From NCBI GenBank assembly GCA_963925805.1, contig CAWUSE010000022.1, forward strand, positions 40,740-104,739: a stretch of 64,000 nt of DNA. The letters are read 5' to 3'. Source of the DNA: an uncultured Acidimicrobiales bacterium. Its GTDB lineage: Bacteria > Actinomycetota > Acidimicrobiia > Acidimicrobiales > UBA10347. Under the pieces are notes generated by a model. The model made no database searches. It saw only the letters and a program-made list of their open reading frames with translations, and was not told the origin of the DNA. Made by a program: the position numbers and the translations under genes. This document shows positions 19,108 to 28,091 of the stretch, piece after piece (positions within the stretch are counted from its first letter, which is position 1; every line of letters begins with the position of its first letter).

Positions 19108-20832
19108 TCAGCCAGGCCGGACGGTGTCAATCCAGCGGTCAGCTACGGCTAGTCGGCGAGTGAGTGCAGAGATTGTTGCCTCGGTGATGCGGTCAACGCC
19201 AGACTCGCGATTGAGACGCATGTTGACTTCAGGGTAACCAAGGCCCGTTCGCCCTACGATCTCGCGGACCCGGTCAGAATTCTTGTCTCGCAAGTCGCTC
19301 TTGATCTGTGCTCGTGACTTGCCGGTCTCTTCTGCAACCGCAGGGGCGCCCCATGGGTCGCTGACCTGCGTCAACTCTCGCCCAGGTAGCGGGGGAGGAG
19401 GCGGCAAGTCCACAGGGAATCCTTCGAGGTCATCGGGCAGTACAACCATCTTCTCTTGAGGATCGATGCCATCGACAGTCGATGCTGAGTCGGCATCGAT
19501 GACCGTCGATGACAACGCCTCGAAGAGCGACATTTGCTCGTCGCCGCCTCGTTCTTGGGCGATCTCGTCGAAACCTTCTTCGCCGGCTCGCTCCTTGCGA
19601 AGTTCGATGCTGTGGCGACGCTGCTCGGCGATGTTGACCGCGTGAGACCGCAACCGCAGATCGTCGGGAAGGTACATGTATGCCTTCTGATCACGGATTC
19701 CTGTGGTCCAGCGGGCGATGCGACCAACAGCCTGGCGGAAGAACATCGCAGTCGTGGTCGTGGTGGCGAACACCGCCACTCGTAGCCGAGGAATATCGAC
19801 TCCCTCGCTGATCATGCGCACAGCGATAACCCATTGATCGTCACTGGTAGCGAATGCGCCGATGACATCGCTGGCTCGAGGGTCATCGGAGAGTGCAATC
19901 CGAGCGGTAACCCCATGACGGCGCTCGAGTAAGTCGTAGATGGATCGAGCATGCTCGTGGTCCGTCGCGATAATGAGGCCGCCAGCATTCGGGTGCGTTT
20001 CTCGAATAGTGGTGAGCTTGCGATGGGCTTGGTCAAGGACTGTGCGGATCCATTCGCCTTCCGGGCTGAGCGCGGTGCGCAGCCGAGCGCCCCATTCATT
20101 ACTTGCGATCTCGTCTTCAAAGGTGGCCTCGATGAGGGTGCCTTCGGTGTTGATCCATTCCATGTGTCCGTCGAAGCGGGGGAAATAGACCGGCCGCACA
20201 ACGCCGCCGTCGTTGAGCGCCTCGCCATAGCCATATTCGTAGTCTGGTTCGGCGTCGCCATAGTTTCCCCAGGAATACTTCACGAAGGGAATCGGGCTGT
20301 CGTCGGTACGGAAGGGTGTGCCACTGAGCAACAGACGTGTAGCGGCACCGGTGAACGCCCGTTCGACGCCGTCTCCCCAGCTCCGGTCGCTGGCGGCATG
20401 ATGCACCTCATCGAGCACAACGAAGCCGCCGCGACTGTACGTAGCTAGTTCGATCCAGGACGAACTGGCCTGGGCATAGGTGACGACAACGCCGTGCATA
20501 TCTACAGCGGGCTTGCCATCGCTAGCAGACCAGGCCGGGTCGAGGTGGAAGCCAAACTTGAGAGCGGCGTCAGCCCACTGCTTCTTTAGGTGCTGGGTAG
20601 GAACGACGACTACGAAGGGCCTGACCTGGCCTTCGCACCACTGGCGCGCAGCGACGAGAGCGAACGATGTTTTACCAGCCCCAGGACAGGCGACGGTCAG
20701 AAATGATGGGGCGTCATTGGCGACGAAGGCGCGAAGCGCTTGCTGCTGCCATGCTCGCAAAATGACGCTCTGCTGCTTGGCGGCCGGTTGCCTGGTGGCC
20801 GGTTGTGCAAGGGCGGGGCGATTCGACTCCAT
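19108..20832 (-). CDS. SF2 DEAD/DEAH-box helicase (actinobacterial Rv2917-like)
   Basis: LRAWQQ Q-motif, PGAGKT, DEVHH, LSGTPFR, MISEGVDIPRL, QAVGRIAR. Confidence 0.9.
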   Translation of the reverse strand: MESNRPALAQPATRQPAAKQQSVILRAWQQQALRAFVANDAPSFLTVACPGAGKTSFALVAARQWCEGQVRPFVVVVPTQHLKKQWADAALKFGFHLDPAWSASDGKPAVDMHGVVVTYAQASSSWIELATYSRGGFVVLDEVHHAASDRSWGDGVERAFTGAATRLLLSGTPFRTDDSPIPFVKYSWGNYGDAEPDYEYGYGEALNDGGVVRPVYFPRFDGHMEWINTEGTLIEATFEDEIASNEWGARLRTALSPEGEWIRTVLDQAHRKLTTIRETHPNAGGLIIATDHEHARSIYDLLERRHGVTARIALSDDPRASDVIGAFATSDDQWVIAVRMISEGVDIPRLRVAVFATTTTTAMFFRQAVGRIARWTTGIRDQKAYMYLPDDLRLRSHAVNIAEQRRHSIELRKERAGEEGFDEIAQERGGDEQMSLFEALSSTVIDADSASTVDGIDPQEKMVVLPDDLEGFPVDLPPPPPLPGRELTQVSDPWGAPAVAEETGKSRAQIKSDLRDKNSDRVREIVGRTGLGYPEVNMRLNRESGVDRITEATISALTRRLAVADRWIDTVRPG

Positions 20833-20881
20833 CGGAACGGGATAATCTAGGTCGCTTTGGGCCTCAGGTGGGGTCTTTTGA

Positions 20882-22066
20882 TCAGGCTTTTATGGAGCGG
20901 TCTGCGAGTCGCAAAAGTAGGACCCAACCAACGGTTGCTGCTGCGGCACAAAACACGATTGCCGTTGAATACCCGAAGCTATCGATGAGCCATCCTGCGA
21001 TTGGTGGGCCGCCGAAGGAGCCGAACGCTGCGGCGCTGTACCAGGTTCCCAGGGTGCCTCCCAAACCTTTGAGGCCAAAGCGTGAGGCAGCCACGATTGG
21101 GCTCAACGCAATGAATCCTCCGTATCCGGAACCGAAGATCAACGCGAAAATGATGAGCAGAACGTAAGTCCCGCTAGCGAAGAGCCAGATCAGCTGACTC
21201 AGGGCCATGACTAGAAAGCAGATACGAAAGAGTCTGGCTGAGCCGAATCGGTTGGCGATTCCACCGATTGCGAGGCGTCCGACCACGCTTGCGCCGCCGA
21301 TGAGTCCAACCAGCAAGGCGGCCGTGAGGCTGGAGTGGCCTTCGTCTTGGGCATAGGGGGTAATGAAAACAAAAGGTATGAACAAGCCGAAAGATGTCGC
21401 CAGCAAAGCCAGATACAAGATGCGAAAGTCGGGGAGCCGCCAGAGTTCGGCAAGCGGCTGGCGTGTTGGTGCGGGCTCGCTTGCAGGCCCGGGGGTAATG
21501 ACTACAGCGACAACCAACAATAGGCCTCCGCCAACCACGGCGAAAATTACGAACGCAGTGCGCCAGTTGGTTGCCTTGATCAGCGCAGCCGCTACCGGCG
21601 AAGCGACCATGGTGCCGAGACCAATACCAGCAACCGATGCGCCCAGCGCCAGTGCCCGTTGACGCTCGAACCAGCCACCTACCACGGCCACCATAGGTAC
21701 ATACCCACAGGCAATGGCGAGGCCAACAAACAGGCCGTAGCAAACGTAGGCAAGCCAAATATTTGGAACCACTGTTGTTCCCAGCAGGCCAAAAGCCAAA
21801 GAGGCAGCGGCGAGCAATGCGACCGGCTTGGGCCCGACCCGATCGGCGAGCGCTCCGGTGAACGGCCCAAGCAGGAAACTCAGGCTGATCGTGATGCCAA
21901 ATACAACGGCGGTGGCGCCGCTTCCTGATTCAAACTCGGCCGTGATCGACTCAAAGAAGGCGCCAAAGCTGTAGCCAACGCCGAACACCGTGAACATGGA
22001 GACCGCTGCTGCGGTTGCCATGAGCCAACTTCGGCCAGAGTCAAGGCGTGGCTCCATAGCGGTCAT
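20882..22066 (-). CDS. MFS transporter (paralog of 16939-18174)
   Basis: GALADRVGPK, YVPMVAVVGGWF, YGGFIALSP, 12 TM. Confidence 0.9.
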   Translation of the reverse strand: MTAMEPRLDSGRSWLMATAAAVSMFTVFGVGYSFGAFFESITAEFESGSGATAVVFGITISLSFLLGPFTGALADRVGPKPVALLAAASLAFGLLGTTVVPNIWLAYVCYGLFVGLAIACGYVPMVAVVGGWFERQRALALGASVAGIGLGTMVASPVAAALIKATNWRTAFVIFAVVGGGLLLVVAVVITPGPASEPAPTRQPLAELWRLPDFRILYLALLATSFGLFIPFVFITPYAQDEGHSSLTAALLVGLIGGASVVGRLAIGGIANRFGSARLFRICFLVMALSQLIWLFASGTYVLLIIFALIFGSGYGGFIALSPIVAASRFGLKGLGGTLGTWYSAAAFGSFGGPPIAGWLIDSFGYSTAIVFCAAAATVGWVLLLRLADRSIKA

Positions 22067-22287
22067 TGCCGCAGACGCTAACCCGTAAGAGTCGCGTGGG
22101 TCGCACTAGCGCTGTGTCAGGTACTTTTTGTGCACTAACCAACTTATTAAAATTGAGTCCAAACGCAGCAGCGTGGCGAATACCAAATCCGATACGGATA
22201 CACACGTAGAAGCGCTTCCGACTAGAGAACCGGGGCTAAGCGGTTTTCTTCAATACGTGCGATAATCAAAGAACAGCGCACCAGCGT

Positions 22288-22318
22288 AAAACAAAAAGCA
22301 CCGGCCCCGAAGGGCCGG
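22288..22318 (-). terminator. Rho-independent terminator
   Basis: Minus strand CCGGCCC-TTCG-GGGCCGG-TGCTTTTTGTTTT. Confidence 0.85.
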
Positions 22319-22453
22319 CCCATTAGGCCTTCTGTTCAAAGGTCGTATTATTTATGCGAGTACTCGGTTAATTATTCTGCCGATAGGTCGGCTGGCGCCA
22401 TTGGCTAGGTTTTCCTATAAGAACGGCAGCCTTGATATATCCTTCGGAAGAGG

Positions 22454-25129
22454 TTAGGTCAGTGCGAAGATTACGTAACCGCGGGCCGCACCAGCAACAA
22501 ATAGTCCGTTGTTGGCTTGGATCACGTGCGGGTTTATGATGCCGGGGATGTCGACGAGTGTGATCGATTCAGACTCTGGACGGTTGAGGTCCCATAGTCG
22601 CACCCGGCCGTCATCTCCGGTCGAGACCAGTTGATTGTTTGGTAGTGCGACCAACGAGATGGTCCGGGTTCGTTGTCCGTTGAGTCGCAGGTGGTCTTGG
22701 GCCAGGCCTTCAACGGTGTAGACGTAGATGCCATCACTGCCCGCTGAGGCAATGCGGCCGTCTGCTAACTCGATGACAACATCGACAGGAGCGGTATGGA
22801 GGTCAAACACGCGGACCTGGTCTGGGTTGTCGAAGTCGATGATACGAACGGTCATGTCTTGGCCAGCCGAGGCAACAAGACCGCTGCTCAGAGCAACCAC
22901 GTCGTTTACACCGCTGTCGTGGACGTCCAGAGATGTGACCTCTTCAGCGAGGTCGTGGAACCGGACCGAGCCGTCGGCATGACCGGTGACGATGCCACGC
23001 GAATCCCGAACGTCTAGTGAGGTCGCCCCGGGGGCGACAGTCATTTCTATCAGGCCACTAGGGTCGCCCGATGGTTGGCTGATCCGTAGGACACTCGATG
23101 CGTCGAGGGATATCACGTTGCCGGTCTGCAACGTGTTCACACCAACGATTGGTGCGCTGTGTCGGGTCAGTAGAAGTGGTTCAGAAGTGTCGGCGGTGCT
23201 GGCAAGCATCACCTTGCCATCGGTCCCGCCTGTAACGAACTGGTCATTGTCCCAGGGGTGAATCGCTGAGATATTCCAGTCATGAGGAGCGATCACCGGG
23301 CGACTTGCTGGAACCAACAGATCCCATACGCGTCCGGTGCCATCGCCGCTGGTCGAAACCAGTCGGCCATCCGGTAGCGCATCGATACCGCTGATGATGT
23401 CACCATGGCCATCAAGAACCCGAAGCAGCGATTGGGTTGCCAGATCCCATAGCCGGATCGTGGTGTCGTCACCACCAGACGCAAGCGCCAGCGAACCGTC
23501 GGGGAGTTGGATCTCAAATAGCGAGCGGATAGCGCCGACATGACCAGGCAGCACGAGTGGATCGGAGGCTCTGGGTTGGGTACTCACAACATGGATGGCG
23601 CCGTCGACAGACGCTGTCGCCAGCCGTCCATCAGTAAGCAGGATCATCGCCGTGATGGGCGAGCCGAGTGTGTTGATCTCGGCTGGTTCGCCGGTCCCAT
23701 CTACGGACCAAATTCTGACCAGCCCATCGACAGACGCGGTCGCAATCGTCCCATCGGCGAGCGCTGCAACCGCGGTGACTTCGTTGCTGTGGCTCAGCGT
23801 TATGCGTTCGGTAGGGCTAGCAATAGCGAAGACGTCGACGTCGCCATCGACCGACGCCACCGCGAGGCGGCCGTCGGATAGCTCGGCTGCGGCAGAGATG
23901 GCCTCGTTGTGGACAGCGATGATGATTGGTTCAGAGGTATTGACCATGTCGATAACCGCTATGTTGCCGGCGGCGTCACCAGCGATGATGCGTTGATCGA
24001 TGGTGCGTTCGAGCACAGTTAGTGGTGAAACAACATTTAGGACATCGGGGCTGGTCAGGGTTACCTCAGCGCCCCAGTCGACCAGGCGGCGATCAGCACC
24101 TGAGGTGAAAACCCGCCCGTCATCAGAGATGACGATGCCGGTGATCGCTGCGGTATGGCCGGTGAGTACCGCTCGGTTGGCGGGGCTGACCGAATAGGTT
24201 GATGCTAAAATTTGAGCGGTTCCTGAGTTCAGGATCGGCGTAGTTTCGGCCCAAGAGCTGAGGGCTTCTGGCGGGGCGTCAGCAGTAACGGTTGGTTCGA
24301 CGGCGGGAACTTCTGGTGGGTTCGCTGGTGCTGAATCTGCGTTTTGAACGATCGTGGGCTCAGCGACCGCAACCGGTGCTGTGGCGGCGTCGACGGTGTC
24401 GGTGTCGGCGGTGCTTTGCGTGAACCAATACCAACCCGCGAATGCAGCGCCCGCCATGAGCGACAGGGCGAACCCTGTCCCCACGATGGCCTTCCATGGC
24501 CGCCTGGGGCCATAGAGGCGCACATCGTCTTCTTCGTCGACCTTGTCGCTGCGCAGAAACGCAGGTGCTTCTATGTAGTGATCCTCGGCGAGAACTTCCG
24601 GGAGGAGCGGCTGCGAGGGCAGGGGGAATCTGGGGCTCGGCGAGTTTGGGTCGCTCGGTTGTTGATCATCACTCGCGAGCGTTTCAAAAACGCTGTCGTC
24701 AGAATCGAGGACGCTGTCGTCATGACCCGCCACTGCCGCGACACTTAGATGCTCGTCGGCAATCTCGACAATCTCGACAATCTCGCCTTGATCGAAATCT
24801 GGATCGCTGGCATGGTCGTCGTTGGTTTCCCCCAAGTTTGGTGCGGCAACTTCTGCGGAGTCGGCTTGACCTGCAGACCGCTTTTCGAGCCAGCCAGCCA
24901 CGACCTGCACTAGTGCGGTGGCTCGTTCAGCGCGCGCTTGGGAGAAGAGCTCGCCGAGCTGATCCCCGAAGTTGTCTCCAACGCCTGCGATCGTTTGATC
25001 GTGGAGCGCTGAATCGCTGATTGTCGTTGCGATCTTGTGAACCTCGTCGCGCGTTTCGGGACTTAGTTGATCGTTATGTTCTGCTGCCCACTGTTCGAGG
25101 GCTGCGGCCACGCGCACGCGTTTCTCCAC
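22454..25129 (-). CDS. membrane-anchored WD40-repeat protein (891 aa)
   Basis: Acidic N-terminal region, one TM (WKAIVGTGFALSLMAGAAFAGWYWF), then repeated GH...LxDGRLATASxDGxxRxWD units over ~575 aa. Confidence 0.88.
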   Translation of the reverse strand: MEKRVRVAAALEQWAAEHNDQLSPETRDEVHKIATTISDSALHDQTIAGVGDNFGDQLGELFSQARAERATALVQVVAGWLEKRSAGQADSAEVAAPNLGETNDDHASDPDFDQGEIVEIVEIADEHLSVAAVAGHDDSVLDSDDSVFETLASDDQQPSDPNSPSPRFPLPSQPLLPEVLAEDHYIEAPAFLRSDKVDEEDDVRLYGPRRPWKAIVGTGFALSLMAGAAFAGWYWFTQSTADTDTVDAATAPVAVAEPTIVQNADSAPANPPEVPAVEPTVTADAPPEALSSWAETTPILNSGTAQILASTYSVSPANRAVLTGHTAAITGIVISDDGRVFTSGADRRLVDWGAEVTLTSPDVLNVVSPLTVLERTIDQRIIAGDAAGNIAVIDMVNTSEPIIIAVHNEAISAAAELSDGRLAVASVDGDVDVFAIASPTERITLSHSNEVTAVAALADGTIATASVDGLVRIWSVDGTGEPAEINTLGSPITAMILLTDGRLATASVDGAIHVVSTQPRASDPLVLPGHVGAIRSLFEIQLPDGSLALASGGDDTTIRLWDLATQSLLRVLDGHGDIISGIDALPDGRLVSTSGDGTGRVWDLLVPASRPVIAPHDWNISAIHPWDNDQFVTGGTDGKVMLASTADTSEPLLLTRHSAPIVGVNTLQTGNVISLDASSVLRISQPSGDPSGLIEMTVAPGATSLDVRDSRGIVTGHADGSVRFHDLAEEVTSLDVHDSGVNDVVALSSGLVASAGQDMTVRIIDFDNPDQVRVFDLHTAPVDVVIELADGRIASAGSDGIYVYTVEGLAQDHLRLNGQRTRTISLVALPNNQLVSTGDDGRVRLWDLNRPESESITLVDIPGIINPHVIQANNGLFVAGAARGYVIFALT

Positions 25130-25191
25130 CGGTAATTCGTGTGTGCCATCATTGCAGGTGAATGGTGGAATCGTGTGTATAGGGTTTCAGC

Positions 25192-26136
25192 GTGGCCCTT
25201 GACCTGATGCCGGTGAGCACCGAAGCCCCTCGCTGCAGTGAGTTTGCTCGCTCGATCGATGTTCTCCCACCTGGAAGCGGGTTGTTTCTCGAGCGTGTTG
25301 TGCTCGTCTCGGTGCCGTTGCCTTGGCCAAAGCCAGCGCTCAACCACGAACTTCTTCGGCCGCTAGGTGCCTTATTGTCCGCTTCTGCCGCAAGGAGTCG
25401 CTTGTTTGCCATGGAGCCGATCGGTGATCATCTCGATGTTGAGGTCTACGAGCGTTCAGGTGTAACCACGACTTCTCGGCGCTGGGAGCTAACACAAAGC
25501 CAGGATCTTCCCGCTGTCATCGGCGCTATCGCGGCTTGCGCTATTGGAGAGCTCGACACTATTGACGTCGCTGGTGTGAGCGACGGTTGTAGCGACGATC
25601 CTGTCGCTACAACCTTTTTGGTGTGCACTCAAGGCAGCCACGATTCTTGCTGTGGCACCAGTGGCGTCGCCCTGGCCGACGAGATCGAATCCTCTCGCTC
25701 TGCTTATGTAGTTCGTCGGGTGAGCCATACCGGTGGTCACCGATTCTCACCAACGTTCTTGTCGTTTCCTAGCGGGCGTATGTGGGCGTTCGCTGACATA
25801 GGCCTGGCGGACCGAATAGCGAGCAACCAGACGACGGCTGTGGATTTCGCCAAGCATGCTCGCGGCTGGTGGGGGGCAAAGGTCGGAGCTGCCCAGGTAG
25901 CCGAGTGCGCGGTGCGCGTCGAGCGACCAGACCTGGCGCAGGTTGAAGCGCAGTTAGAGCTGCTGCACGCGCTCGACGGACAAACTGTCACTCAGTTTGT
26001 TGTAACACTTGGTGACACCTCGTGGCAGGTTGAGGTTCGAGTCGAACGAGAGATACCGAGTATTGCTTGTGAGGCCCCTGGGGGCCTTCCGGCGAAGCCC
26101 AGCCGTGAGTTCGCGTGGTCGATAGCGCCCCTGTGA
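25192..26136 (+). CDS. sucrase/ferredoxin-like thioredoxin-fold [2Fe-2S] protein (Apd1/Aim32-type)
   Basis: LVCTQGSHDSCCG and VSHTGGHRFSPT motifs. Confidence 0.88.
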   Translation: MALDLMPVSTEAPRCSEFARSIDVLPPGSGLFLERVVLVSVPLPWPKPALNHELLRPLGALLSASAARSRLFAMEPIGDHLDVEVYERSGVTTTSRRWELTQSQDLPAVIGAIAACAIGELDTIDVAGVSDGCSDDPVATTFLVCTQGSHDSCCGTSGVALADEIESSRSAYVVRRVSHTGGHRFSPTFLSFPSGRMWAFADIGLADRIASNQTTAVDFAKHARGWWGAKVGAAQVAECAVRVERPDLAQVEAQLELLHALDGQTVTQFVVTLGDTSWQVEVRVEREIPSIACEAPGGLPAKPSREFAWSIAPL

Positions 26137-26160
26137 CCTTACAGATGGCAAGGTAGGCCG

Positions 26161-27120
26161 ATGAGCGACTTCTCCAGCAGGGACGAATCGGGTGAGAGTT
26201 TCGCTAAGGCCGCTGTGCCAACACCAGGCCAGGTGCCTCGTAACCAATCGCCGACTCCAGGGCTGATCTCGTCGGCTTTGGCCCCTACAAATGGTCGGGT
26301 CTCCGCAGCCTGGGCGGGGTCTAACGATCAGGCCGAGTTGCAAACAGAAGAGGCCTCTGTGCCCATGGCAACAGCGGCGGTCGAACTGACAGCGCTTGAG
26401 AGTCGGGTCGTGGGCTCCCTGATCGAGAAGTCGTATCTGACGCCTGATGTGTACCCCATGACTACGAATGGGTTGGTGACAGCGTGTAATCAAAAGACCA
26501 ACCGCGACCCTGTTGTGGATTATTCGGCGGTGTTGATCGACAGCGCCCTGCTTGATCTTCGACAGCGCAACCTGGTTCGTCGGGTATATGCGCCCGGATC
26601 CCGTTCAACGAAACACCGTCAGACCCTCGACGAAGCGCTGGCGTTAAACGAGCGTCAACTCGCTCTGGTTTCGGTGCTACTGCTTAGGGGGCCGCAGACG
26701 GTTGGCGAATTGCGGCTGCGCACAGAACGCCACGATGTCGGGTTCGATGATCTGGATACTGTGGACGCCTGTCTCCTTGCGCTCTCGGAGCGTGTCAATC
26801 CAGTCGTCGTAGAACTACCGCGTCGGCGGGGGCATAAAGAGAACCGGTGGCAGCACCTGCTTGGTATCGGTGAACCCGAAGACCCGAACGGCCATGTCGT
26901 AGCGTCTGAGGGGTCGGCGGTAATAGCGGAGGCTTCATTCGCCACGGCGCCCACGTCATCGCACGGTTACGCCATGGACGGTACAAGAGCACCGGGTACT
27001 GCGACAGGTAGCGCCGAGCCCGAGATTCGTCTCGACGTACTCGAAGCACAGGTTGCGATGCTGCAGCGCCAGCTCGCTTCGTTGGCCGAGAAACTCGGCG
27101 AGCCACTCGAGCAGATTTGA
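26161..27120 (+). CDS. YceH/DUF480 family protein
   Basis: RVVGSLIEKSYLTPDVYPMTTNGLVTACNQKTNRDPV, LLLRGPQTVGELR, ENRWQHLL. Confidence 0.9.
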   Translation: MSDFSSRDESGESFAKAAVPTPGQVPRNQSPTPGLISSALAPTNGRVSAAWAGSNDQAELQTEEASVPMATAAVELTALESRVVGSLIEKSYLTPDVYPMTTNGLVTACNQKTNRDPVVDYSAVLIDSALLDLRQRNLVRRVYAPGSRSTKHRQTLDEALALNERQLALVSVLLLRGPQTVGELRLRTERHDVGFDDLDTVDACLLALSERVNPVVVELPRRRGHKENRWQHLLGIGEPEDPNGHVVASEGSAVIAEASFATAPTSSHGYAMDGTRAPGTATGSAEPEIRLDVLEAQVAMLQRQLASLAEKLGEPLEQI

Positions 27121-27872
27121 GCGTCAATGAAGAGGGCCGAGCAGCCCCGTCGGCCACGCCGGCACCGAGTCGAACGTCGCACCAGATGCCCTCGGGGCAG
27201 ACCCGAGCTGAGGGTCCTTCATGGCACATGGTTGTTGTCGTTAACGGCGAACTCCCGGCCGTCGATCATGCCGATCTTCGTCGTGAGCTAGTCGAAGCAG
27301 ATCAATTGGTCGCCGTCGACGGCGGCCTCCGGCACTGCGCGAGTCTTGAAGTCTGGCCGACAATTCTCATAGGCGACCTTGATTCAGCGCCAAGTGAGCT
27401 GATCGACGAAGCTCGTAGCCGAGATATTGCGGTCCATGCATTTCCTGTCGACAAGGATGCGACCGACCTTGAATTGGCGATGGACCTAGCACTGGAGTCA
27501 GGTGCGACGGCGGTGACCGTTGTTGCGCCATTTGGCGGCCGGCTAGACCATGAGTTGGCTACGATCTCGTTGCTGGCGGCCAGTCGTTGGCAGCCGATAG
27601 AGATCACGGCTACAGACGGCCTCCGATACCTGCATGTGGTGCACGGCCGGCGCTCGTTGCATCTTCGACCTGGCACGACAGTGTCGTTGCTTCCTTGGCA
27701 CGGTGACGCTGTTGGTGTCACGACAAAAGGTTTGCGCTGGACACTGGACGGCTCGACATTGCAGGCCGGAACGACCCGTGGCGTAAGCAACGTGGTCGTG
27801 GATACAGCACAAGAGGTTGCCGTCGATATCGGGGTGCTGCTTGTTCTGGTGGATCATGGCCGGGCTGACTGA
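27117..27872 (+). CDS. thiN: thiamine diphosphokinase
   Basis: VAVDGG, IGDLDS, DKDATDLELA, GGRLDHEL, GLRWTL, RGVSN. Exact start uncertain. Confidence 0.9.
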   Translation: MSVNEEGRAAPSATPAPSRTSHQMPSGQTRAEGPSWHMVVVVNGELPAVDHADLRRELVEADQLVAVDGGLRHCASLEVWPTILIGDLDSAPSELIDEARSRDIAVHAFPVDKDATDLELAMDLALESGATAVTVVAPFGGRLDHELATISLLAASRWQPIEITATDGLRYLHVVHGRRSLHLRPGTTVSLLPWHGDAVGVTTKGLRWTLDGSTLQAGTTRGVSNVVVDTAQEVAVDIGVLLVLVDHGRAD

Positions 27873-28091
27873 CTAGTCGCGATGTCAGCTGAGGAGCGAG
27901 CCGATGATGTCGAACTTGGGATTGCGGACCTCCTCGACACTCAACGAGGTATCCAAGGTCTCGGTGAATTCCTGCTCGGTGAGGGTCTTATGCAGCCGAC
28001 CATCTGATCGGGCCGAGTAGACGAACCCCATCTCAGATCATGGTGATATCTCGAATGGCAATGGCTCCAGGTGACACGGCAACCGACTGGG

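Noticed and set aside
19108-20832. SF2 helicase as an anti-phage or restriction system component
   Set aside because: No methylase, nuclease or other defence gene is adjacent; it resembles the stand-alone actinobacterial helicase family.
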